From the NCBI RefSeq assembly GCF_001194135.2, contig NC_068982.1, positions 39,662,078-39,726,077 on the forward strand: a DNA stretch of 64,000 nt, written 5' to 3'. Source of the stretch: Octopus bimaculoides. Taxonomy: Eukaryota. A program made the translations under genes and the position numbers. Of this stretch, positions 53,743 to 64,000 are shown piece after piece. Under the pieces are notes generated by a model that did no database searches, had not been told where the DNA came from, and was given only the letters and a program-made list of their open reading frames with translations. Every line of letters starts with the position of its first letter. The first letter of the stretch is position 1.

Positions 53743-53784
53743 ATATATATATATATATTATCCAAATATATATACACGTACATG

Positions 53785-53879
53785 GCCGATACAGCTTGGC
53801 ACACATGACGTCACAACTCATTTCTACAGCTCTGTGAACTGGAGCAACGTGAAATAAAGTGTCTTGCTCAAGAACACAA
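53785..53879 (-). mobile_element. SINE family C core fragment
   Basis: CAACTCATTTCTACAGCT..GAACTGGAG.AACG...ATAAAGTGTCTTGCTCA is shared with 57270-57325. Confidence 0.75.
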
Positions 53880-54199
53880 ATAGGAGAAATAATCGTTTCA
53901 CTTGAAAAGCGTTACATTATTTTTTATGTATATTTACGGTGTTAATTTCCATAATTTTCTAGTTCTGAAGAAAGATGTCATGTAATTTGGTAACTGTTTT
54001 TAACATCGGTGTTAATCAGAATTTTTAAAAATAGAATTTAAAATTAGTGCAAATCCTATTCAAACACGACATTATACTTTTAGTCCTTCGATTAAGTTAT
54101 TATCCACTATCGATTAAGATATTATCCATTAAGTATTATTTGAAACGCTTCGATTGTGCAAAGGCTATGTTTTTTTTTTAATTATTTTTCAGTTAAAAT

Positions 54200-54620
54200 T
54201 ATATGCTGGACCGTTGGACACAATATTCCATTGCAATTTCAAATCGGTGCCCCATGACTTTAAACTCCCTATTTATTCCGTTAGTGGTGTTAATTTTCTC
54301 ATTATTTGTTAGAAAGAGTATTTTTGTTCATATTATAGCGTTTCTTAAAGGTATTCAACGTAGAACCGCTATTATGCCTATAGCTAACATGCGTAACGAC
54401 AATTAATTTGAACATGAAGCACAGATATTTTTTTACAGTGTATTGAAAGGAGACTATGCACTAAAGCCAATGCTTTCTAGCGTTACCTCTTTTATATTTT
54501 TCAACATCGTTCAGATTTTCGCAGTATTTATTTGAATTTTGGAAGAGTAAGATTCCTAAATACCTCTTCAGCGTTTCTAGACATCCGTTGCTTAATTTGC
54601 AGGATGAGGTAATGTTGCTG
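54200..54620 (-). mobile_element. Possible highly degenerate CR1/L2-type LINE fragment
   Basis: KLSNGCLETLKRYLGILL resembles the post-RT motif Y.L....LE.V...KYLG. No other clean motif. Confidence 0.3.
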
Positions 54621-56131
54621 ATTTGAGACGGAAGTGGAATTCAGTGTTATAGTTAAACGTCACAAGTTTGGTGTTTTATTTTAACTTCGTGTCTAGCGTA
54701 TGTTTTGTGTGTATTTACTTTAGTATTGTATTGTGTTGTGGGAATTGTTTCCAACAATAATTGTCTAGTTTAGTTTTATGAAGAACTGTGATGGGTATAA
54801 ATGTGTTGTCCACTAATGTCTTTGTATTCCATTTTGTTTTTTGTGTGTAGTGCATTGCCAAATTTCATTGCATATGTGAGGACACTGTTCCACCGCCTCA
54901 CCATGCATGATGAGGCGCTATGATTATCTTGTATTTGTAAGACCAATAAAACAATTCAATCCATGAAAATTAGAAATTCTAGGTTTTCAAAGTTAATTAT
55001 GAGCAATATTTGTCACCAGTAGCTTGTCCCCGGCTTTATGTATTTGCAATTTATTTAACCTTAGAGTTTGTACATATTATTGTCGCTGAGATGTCTTATT
55101 TTACGATCTTCTGTTTATGTGTTCATCTAACCTATAATTCGAATAAGTCTAATTTTTATAATGCATTTTTATAACTGATTGTATGTTCTTAATAACTTAA
55201 TTACTATGCTACAGCTCTGTCTATCTGTTTGTTAGAAAACTTTTAATTATTTAGTGCAATTTAAAAAACAAAAAATTAATTTCATTCTTCCATTTATTGA
55301 GGGGAATGCTCTTCCATGTAGTAGCTTTTCTGTTTATGTGGCTTTTCTGTTAAACATTTTCTATTTATGTGGATACCTTCTGTCTCCGACTTACTGCACG
55401 CATATATCTGTACCGATGGTGTAATGTGTCTGCTGCTCCCTATCTGAACAACTGTGTATAAAAACAATTATGTATAAAAAGTATTATGTATGAAGAGTAA
55501 GAGTAAATTACAATCCTTTTTACGAATAACCACCTACAGTCATGTAAATGTACAAACACGCAACTAATGACCCATGTAATTTATAAATTCGATTCCAAAC
55601 AGGGAAGTCGTGGGCTTCAAAATTTTGTTATTCTCAACATACAGGTACGACACTCTACAGTCAGCTCACCATACACTTACTACATCGCAATTCATTACAG
55701 TACAGAACACAAAATAGAACTAAATAAGAAAACTATTAATGGTCTATGGATTTAAGCCGCACAAAATTTCTAATAAAATATACAACAGTGATGGAAACTA
55801 TACGCAGAGCACAACGCGATTGTAAAATAAATAGGTTAATGACATATGCAAGTCAGACAGGTGTAATAAACGTTTTATAGTCGTTGTATCAATCTGGAAA
55901 TTTAAGTACGCGAATTCCAGCGGTAAAGTTTACACCAATCACGTAGGACTTGTATACTCTTTAGAGACATGCATTCCAGCATTACTTCAAACTGAAAACG
56001 AGACTGTGATCGCCTGGAAACGTTGGTTATGGAATAAAGCACATTACTCTTTCATAAATGTCCGCAAGAAGCGCATTCGAAATTATAAAAAGGTTCTTGA
56101 AAAGATGTCATGAACCTGGAACAGTATTGTA

Positions 56132-56186
<55 letters not shown>

Positions 56187-56192
56187 AATACA

Positions 56193-56224
<32 letters not shown>

Positions 56225-56239
56225 CATACATACAATTTA

Positions 56240-57050
56240 CTTGCAATGCCAGTACTCATACCAACATTTGGGCTGATTCACTGGACGCTTGATGAGATCC
56301 GAGCCATTGATGTGAAAACCCGGAAAATACTAACAAACACACATAATTTCCACACAAACAGTGATGTAGACCGCCTCTACCTAAAACAAAAACAAAGCGG
56401 CAGAGGCATAACATCGATCCAAAATACCTTTGAATATCTATCATATGCCTTCGGCAACATCTTTTAACCACCGAGTGTCGAAGCACATCCCTTGACTAAG
56501 TTTGCATTAATGTAGCTGATAATATCTCAAGACTTGGAAGGCAGATGCTTGAGCAGCATTCCTTATCCGATAATCTTAAATACATGCCCAAAGAAGTCTC
56601 ACGACTCTACCGCTACGTATCGTCAAATGAAAGGATGAGCATATATGAGCGGAAGACTCTGCGTGGATGTGTTGGTAGAAAACTCCGCAATGATAGTAAC
56701 ATTGATCATCAAAGCCGTCTATCATGTACCAGTAACCGTATTACTTCTTCCCACTTTGAAGAGTATACGTTTGCAATCTAGGTACAGGATATACTAACCA
56801 AATACCTGATACACAGAAGGGATAGTGATGCAGGAAAATCTTTAAAATGTGACAACCGATGCAGATTTTGTGAAGTCTACACCGAAGATACCAACCACAT
56901 CATGAGTAGTTGTCCAAAAATTTAATCACGGTATTATCTACCGATGAGATATGATGTTGTAGCTAAGACACTCTATAATGATATCTGTCGGAAGGATAAC
57001 ACCGAAGACAAAGAAATAAGAACTCAGTATGGTAGAAACCATGGTCACTC
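56240..57050 (+). mobile_element. R4/Dong-like LINE post-RT region with CCHC zinc knuckle
   Basis: LAMPVLIPTFGLIHWTLDEIRAIDVKTRKILTNTHNFHTNSDVDRLYLKQKQSGRGITSI...FAI*VQDILTK...CDNRCRFCEVYTEDTNHIMSSCP...RYDVVAK. Confidence 0.88.
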
Positions 57051-57152
57051 ATNNNNNNNNNNNNNNNNNNNNNNNNNNNNNNNNNNNNNNNNNNNNNNNN
57101 CTAGGTACAGGATATACTAACCAAATACCTGATACACAGAAGGGATAGTGAT

Positions 57153-57413
57153 TGTTTTTATAGAAGACCAGGAGTCACCCATACATACCAGCCTCCCCAC
57201 TCCACGCCACCAATTTTATCCAAGGAAAAGACAAAAGCTGATACAGCTGGGCACCAGTGACATCACAACTCATTTCTACAGCTGAGTGAACTGGAGGAAC
57301 GTACAATAAAGTGTCTTGCTCATGAATACAACACGCAGCCCAGTCCGGGAATCGAACTCACAACCTCACGATCATAAGCTTGACGCTCTAACCACTAAGC
57401 CATGAGCCTTCAC
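57153..57413 (-). mobile_element. SINE family C subfamily (distinct 3' part)
   Basis: Head TGGCTTAGTGGTTAGAGCG...GAGTTCGATTCC and the shared core. The tail differs from the 12964 and 32003 copies. Confidence 0.85.
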
Positions 57414-57416
57414 ACA

Positions 57417-57447
<31 letters not shown>

Positions 57448-58471
57448 GTAAATACATAGGTAGTGGAAGGAATAGATAGTAGAAGAATATAGTCTTATGT
57501 AAATACATAGGTAGTAGAAGGAATAGAGAGATTTGTGCATATTTATATCGTGTAATCTAATAAAATAAAGCATGAGCAATTGATCGTTTTGAGAGAAAAG
57601 AATTAAGAAACTCGCTTATATAGCAGTCTACTATTCACACATTCCACTTCTATTTGCTTATTCCTTTGGTGAATTTTTTTTTTTTAGATTCATATTTTTC
57701 ATTTATTTAACAGAATGCACAATTTGCAAAGTCAACAAATGTCTGTGACACATATTGGTAGGTTGAAAGCGAACTCGTAGTATTATTTCTGTCAACAACT
57801 TCCTCTCTGTATCACGAAGAGAAAAGAAATGCTTTATTGCCGATTGCCTGAACAGCACGACCACATTTAATTTTGCATCTCTATACCAATATCACCTGAC
57901 ACCTGGGATCGCAAAGCATAGATACGTGTAAAAGAAAATAAAAATATTCAAGAGGAAAACGAAATCATCGATAAAACTATTTATATAAAATTTTCAGATA
58001 TAACTTCTCAACTTCATCGACAAATTTATATTCCCACAGAATGTTATGGATTGCTGATCACTTAACGATAACTTGCTTTCATGACGCACACAGATTGTTG
58101 TTTTTTATATACAAAACAGATTTACTTTGCATCCAATCGATTTAATCGCAATATCTAACATGTATTAATTTTATTGAATCCGTTAATATGTAAATCATGT
58201 CTATCTGGAGCAATCCATCAAGGCAGATTTTCAAAATATTGATGTTAAAGAGAAAATAAATTCCCGTGCTTGTGCTAACATTATACTTCCATTTTATTTG
58301 ATAACATTATTTTACGAAGAGACATAATCTAAGATCTTGCTCATTCATTAGAATTAAGTTAGACATGACTCACAACATAGATTTTTTATCCATTGGATAC
58401 CTTTAGTGTCGCTGTTGCTATGGAGATATCCTTACTGTCGCTGCATCAAGTTCTTACTGAAACTAATACGC

Positions 58472-58670
58472 TTTTACTTGTTTCAGTCATTTCACTGCAA
58501 CCATGCTGGAGCGCCACCTTTAGTCGAATAGCTTGTCCCCAGGACTTATTCTTTGTAAGCCTCGTACTTATTCTATCGGTCTCTTTTTGCCAGACCACTA
58601 GGTGACGTGACGTAAACACACCAACATCGGCTGTCAAGCGATGGTGGGGAACAGACACAGAAACAAACAA
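58472..58670 (-). mobile_element. SINE family A 3' half
   Basis: Matches the tail half of 18854-19272. Confidence 0.85.
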
Positions 58671-58675
58671 CAAAC

Positions 58676-58708
<33 letters not shown>

Positions 58709-58735
58709 CANNNNNNNNNNATTTTTTCAATGTTG

Positions 58736-58773
<38 letters not shown>

Positions 58774-58796
58774 TTCATTATTATTCAGTTCACTAT

Positions 58797-58886
58797 GCCA
58801 TATGCCATAGTGGTTAAGAGTGCGAGCTACTAACCTCAAGATTCCGAGTTCGATTCCAAGCAGTGACACCTGAATAATAATAATAA

Positions 58887-58917
<31 letters not shown>

Positions 58918-59060
58918 AAGAAGATTGAAAAAATATCCTAGGAATAAGAACCTCGGTTCGAAATTACCCCAAGACACCTGATGAAGGCTGGAGGGTATAT
59001 CAGCCGAAACGTTGTGTTAACAACAATCAAGATGAGGTCAAATGTAAATAATGTAAACAA
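58797..59060 (+). mobile_element. SINE family D: tRNA-like head + (TAA)(GAA)n + hammerhead-containing tail
   Basis: A-box-like TGCCATAGTGG at 58803 and B-box GAGTTCGATTCC at 58846-58857, then a microsatellite, then the hammerhead motif. Confidence 0.75.
58973..59018 (+). ncRNA. Minimal type I hammerhead ribozyme (dimer-type)
   Basis: GACAC-CTGATGA-a-GGCTG-(10 nt)-CAGCC-GAAAC-GT-T-GTGTT. Stem I GACAC/GTGTT, stem II GGCTG/CAGCC, palindromic ACGT stem III, GUU cleavage triplet, one extra A after A9. Confidence 0.65.
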
Positions 59061-59077
59061 TATTTCTTGTTATAAAG

Positions 59078-59250
59078 GCAGCGAGCGACATTTCGCCCTT
59101 CTTTATGAACTGTATTCAAATGCCACCGAGGTCGACTTCACCTTTCATCCCTTCGAGATCGATAAAATACGTAGCAGTTGAATACTGCGGTCGATGTAAT
59201 CGATTTAACCCTCTCCCGAATTTGCCAGCCTTGAGCCATAATTTGAAACT
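59078..59250 (+). mobile_element. SINE family B, 5'-degenerate
   Basis: CCGAGGTCGACTTCACCTTTCATCC...GGTCGATGTAATCGA...CCTTGAGCCATAATTTGAA. Confidence 0.75.
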
Positions 59251-60739
59251 TGTCATAATACTTGGGAGAAGCTAAATTCTCTGCTTATTCCTTCACAATG
59301 TGTGATTTCTCTAATTCTTTTTATTGTGATTTAATATTGCTGAATGGTATGATACTGATAATAACCTGTAACAATTGCTTATATGGTATGTACTGGTCAT
59401 CTATCCACAATCTCGCACTCTTTGTTTTAGAGACCCTTTTGTCCGTAAGACAAATCACAATACATTAGGATATCTAACCTGATATAGATGCGATATAACC
59501 CAGATATTTACACGTTAGGAGGATATAACCTTTTCTGTATTTTCTCAATAATATATTGGTGTTAGATATAAAAAAAATCTTAGTAATATTTGTTTTATAT
59601 TTTAGAGCAAGGAGATTTAAAATATGACTATATATTAAAATTTTACGTTGTAGTTATTGCATTAAAATTTTTCTTTCTGAATTTGTACAGAACTATTTCA
59701 GTATGATATGTTTAATCTAAGTATTTCATTAAAAATTCATCAAGTTATGAGTGAGTTGAAAATACCTGTTTTAAAGTTAATATAAAAGACAAACATTTAT
59801 TAAAAGAATTTTCTATACAGGCCCACATATAAGAAATAATATTGGCTTATCAGCTTGCTTTTAGCTGAATTAGTTTTAACATGAAAGTCAAACAATGCGT
59901 TTAATACCTTTGAGTCTGTGAAATGAAGTCTGAACAGTAAAAACATAGCAAGAAAGAAAACAAAGCAAGCTTTTACTTATTTAAAACTTTGTTTACATGC
60001 TGCGTCCTTTTTATCGTTTTTTGTGGTGTCCTTTACATTTTGTCTCATTAATATTCGCATTGTAATCGACTGTGAGATCTCTGTAACATAAAACAAGTGA
60101 CTGGCGGAAAAAAAAAACTGTTGGAGAATATATAAATGTCGTCTGATACAAGAGTGTTTTATTTATTTTAACTTAAAAGAACAAATTATTTCACCATGGT
60201 TATGTTTTTAAAGGCAAGAACACTTGAATGAGAGACAGTGGCAAAATCTGAAGATTTTTTGCTTAAGTGTTTCATTGTCAACATGAATCGCCTTGATATG
60301 TACCCAACAGTAAGTAATAAGAAATTGGGCTTTTAGAAAATGTCTGTTTACTTAGTCACAAATATTATCATAGTTAGATAGCGCAGACTTCTATGAAGCA
60401 ACGTCAATGTCTAGCAACACCAATGTCTTAGTTTCGTTGTCCAGTTAGAAATAATTCTAATAATTTCAATCATTGATGTCCCCAAGAGGAAATCGCATCT
60501 AATATCCACATTTCATCAATATTTTTCTTAATATCTATATTTGAATTCCTTACTGGTTGGAACAATTGAACAATCACAGTTTTGAAAATGCTCAGGTGAC
60601 TTCAAGGGGTTAAGAAATAGTTTCTGATGTAATTCGAAAAGTATGAATTCTATTTCTAATACTACTCTTACAAGATGTGGGGTTTTAGAAAATTACTATT
60701 TTTAAATCTCACAACGAGAGGTATTCGGCAACAGTACTT

Positions 60740-61071
60740 TGGAGTAAAGATTTTTGCCAACATAACACGCCAGTTCCTGGTTTAGGATGTTGCCCCAGGA
60801 GACATCGTCTCAAGCTGGCTATACGACACGATCTGTGTCCTTATATTTTCGAACAAGGGAATCTAGCACCCCAACTCAATTCGAAGCAATATCTGTGTAT
60901 CGCGATTTCCGGGTTATTTCCCTTCCTCAGCACAGAATAATTGTTCGAAAATATTAGGACACAGATCGTGTCGTATAGCCAGCTGGAGACGATGTCTCCT
61001 GGGGCTAAATTGCAGCAACATTCGTCCTAATCCAGCACTGCCATGTTATGTTGGTAAAAATCTTTACTCCA
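60740..61071. mobile_element. Foldback/MITE-like element with ~117-131-bp inverted arms
   Basis: 60740-60856 is the reverse complement of 60941-61071; the inner ~60 bp are nearly perfect. Confidence 0.9.
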
Positions 61072-61124
61072 TGTGGGGTTTTGTCCTTCTGTAACGATTA
61101 AGTTAAATCGTTATCGTTGTAAAG

Positions 61125-61345
61125 GAAGGTGGTGAGTCAGCAGAATCGTTAGAATGTTGGACAAAATGATTTACGACATTTCTTCCTGCTCTTTACATTC
61201 TGAGTCAGCAAATTATGCTGAGGTCAACTTCGCTTTTCCTCATTTTGAGGTCGATGAAAAACGTTCTAGTCGAGCACTGGGGTCGATGTAATCGACTAAC
61301 CTCACTTCCTAAAATTGTTAACCCTGTGCTGAAGTCTAAGATCAT
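61125..61345 (+). mobile_element. SINE family B, degenerate
   Basis: Head AAGGTGGTGAGTCAGCAGAATCGTTAG and core GGGGTCGATGTAATCGACT. Confidence 0.75.
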
Positions 61346-62465
61346 TAGTATTGTTGCAACTATGATTTATAATTGAAAGGAAATTGTAACCAACTAAATA
61401 CTTTATATTTTCTGCGATCCGTTTTATGCTTCCGAATTCGATTGATGATGACTTCAGCTTCGCTCGGTCCAGAGTTAATAAAATACATGACAGTCATATT
61501 ATCACTCAAATATACTCTCCCTTATAAATATTTATATTTGTATGTGTATGAATAAAAGTAAATCTATTTTTATATGTACTTTTCTTCTAACCAGTGCTGT
61601 TTTTGACACATACTGTTCTAGACACACATTACCTGAAACAAGAGTGAGGTAATCACAGATTTGCTCTACTGAGCTGACTTACGTCTAAACTCCAAAGCAA
61701 TAACTTCAGGTATATTTCTGAGGATATTACTGTCGTAGATGCGCATTACACTAGAGGAGATTGGGATGATCATGTTTGGAACGATTATGATCTGACCTAG
61801 GACTAAACTACAAAACAATATCTACGACTCTCCGCCTCTCAACATATTTATTATGTCTCACTTCAATCGTCCCTGCCTAGTACTTTAATCTAAAGAACTT
61901 CTTAATTTTCCTTGTCTTTTGAGGTTCAAGTTAAAACCCAAATGCTTCGGCAACATTTGCTGCTTGATACAAAGGAAATAGCACAAGATCCTCTAAAAAT
62001 TATGCCTGCGATGATAGGTGATACTTTTATACCGAACTGATCATCTTAATGTTTCACAGTAGAAACTTATGAGCTAAATTTCAGATTCAAACGATGCTTT
62101 GAGATTTAGGTTGAGTTATAAATTGCATCGTGCTTGGACAGGGGATCTAAAGACGAAATAGCAGTTTACTAGTATAAATAACTTGAATACTTAATTTTAT
62201 AAATTTGATTTCAAGCACTTCCATATTTCCGGTAGACTTTGGAGATGTGCTGCTATAAGCAGTTAAGAGAAATTAATATTATACGTATGAATGTACAATG
62301 AGCAAACCATATTATTCTCAATTGACTAAATTTCACATCACTTATATTACTCACCTCTTTTATAACATGTACGAATGACACAATATTTTCTTTAACCCTT
62401 TCACTCAAGTACAGTAGATTTGTGGCTTTTCAAAAAGTTTTTAATTTCGATGTTTTGAACGATGT

Positions 62466-62685
62466 TAAGGCGGTGGTCTAGCAGAATCGTTACCACGCCG
62501 AGCAAAATGCTAAACATCGTTTTGTCCGTCTCTACGGTCTGTGTTCAAATTCTGTCGAAGTTGACTTTTCTTTTCATCCTTTCAGAGGTCAATAAAATAA
62601 GTATCAGTTGAATACTGAGATCAATGTAATCAACTTATCCTCTCCCCAGACGGCTGGCCTTGTGCCAAAATTTGAAGCCAATATT
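62466..62685 (+). mobile_element. SINE family B with CCTTGTGCCAAAATTTGAA tail
   Basis: Aligns to 16371-16680 but has a different tail. Confidence 0.85.
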
Positions 62686-63735
62686 TGGAACGACGTTCTG
62701 TTGGCGCATTAGCATAATGTTTAGATTAATACTCAATATGCGCTGGTTCTTTACGTTCTGATTTTCAATACCATCGGGGGATAACTTTGTTATTCATTTT
62801 CGAGAGGTCGAAAGACTAAGTATCAGGTAGCGGAGTCAGTGTAATTCATTGTTCCCTTTCCGAAATCTGAGGCTGTTACAAATAAAAATTATGAGTACTA
62901 GCTCATTATATCTAGATGTAAACTCTTGGGTGATTCAAGATTGAGAATTTCGTTTGTTTACTTAGTATACCTAAACCTATGTTCCATTTAGTCTATGCAA
63001 AACAAATCAATATGATGTACTCCTTTAAAGACCGATTTGATCATAATATAAGTGGTAAGAAAAATGTAATAAATCGGCTTTTGTATCTTGTACAGCAATC
63101 TTTATTTTCTGTAGGAAAATGAATTTATCATATTACGAAGTTATATTATAATATCAAGCATTCACATTTTTATATAACTTACATGGTACATAGCTCTTGA
63201 GATATAAGTTGGAGTCTTCTAGATTATTCATCTTATATTTAGTATTTGTATTTCATTAACGATCGATATATATTTTTATATTCTCCCTGTCTTCCAATAT
63301 TGTTAAATTATTTTATTTTTGGTCTTCATATCAATGTAATATTATCCAATATTTCATCATTCGCTGACATGTTATTTTCCAAATGATTGAATGAAGACAA
63401 CTGTTGATGTTCCTATGTTTCTTTGGATAATTGAATACGTCTTTTTTTTATTTATTTTGTAGCTAACGTAGTACACTACCCGTCCTTTATCCAACTCTTT
63501 TCATACTTATGATAATTACAATATATATTAAATTATGTACAGAAATATATCATTCTAACATCTAAACACTTAACGCACTTATTCATAACGAATGAGTGGT
63601 GTTGTTGGACTTCCGCAGAAGATTTTATTGTCAATTTCTTTCCTTAACCTTTCCTATTTCTACGGCAAGTGTATGGGTAAGATATAAATCCATCAAGTCT
63701 ATTCTTATCAGCCTTTTCAAATAGTGATATTGTAT

Positions 63736-63768
<33 letters not shown>

Positions 63769-63773
63769 CATAC

Positions 63774-63805
<32 letters not shown>

Positions 63806-64000
63806 GTGTATGTATGTATGTATGCATGTATGCATGTATGTATATATATGTATGCATATACATAAGAGCGTTGTAGTATGTGTATGCATGTATGTATGTA
63901 TGTATGTATTTATGTATATGCACACATTTTAATGCAGTGTATGGCAGAGGGTTTGCAAATCTAACAGACATTTTAAGATCCACAAAGATCAAAACTTAAC

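Noticed and set aside
57101-57152. Exact 52-bp copy of 56778-56829
   Set aside because: It lies immediately after an N gap, so it cannot be distinguished from misassembly.
58797-58870. Functional tRNA gene (also the heads at 17708, 32003 and 57350)
   Set aside because: A and B boxes are present but the cloverleaf stems are broken and the sequences continue into SINE bodies.

Overview
AT-rich, gap-riddled eukaryotic scaffold segment. It is probably octopus genomic DNA (inference from the SINE families, the dense (CA)n/(TA)n/(TAA)n/(TACA)n microsatellites and the 10-N gaps with duplicated flanks). No intact protein-coding gene can be supported, and almost all ORF-track entries are microsatellite or N-run artefacts. 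The window is a transposon graveyard: R4/Dong-like RLE LINE fragments (two with (TAA)n tails, one of them flanked by TAA on both sides), two L1/Tx1-like LINE copies (one RT-bearing, one with EN+RT deleted), a Penelope-like element, an RTE fragment, four mariner relics, a Chapaev-like transposase relic, four tRNA-derived SINE families and five long foldback (inverted-repeat) elements. Most notable: (i) hammerhead-ribozyme-like motifs, the best forming the 3' part of a tRNA-headed SINE at ~58.8-59.06 kb; (ii) a tRNA-like head fused directly to a 5'-truncated Penelope; (iii) a SINE whose tail matches the 3' end of the Tx1 LINE, while sister copies carry another tail. A weak candidate spliced + strand transcript lies at 0.9-9.1 kb. 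All calls were made by eye, without database searches.
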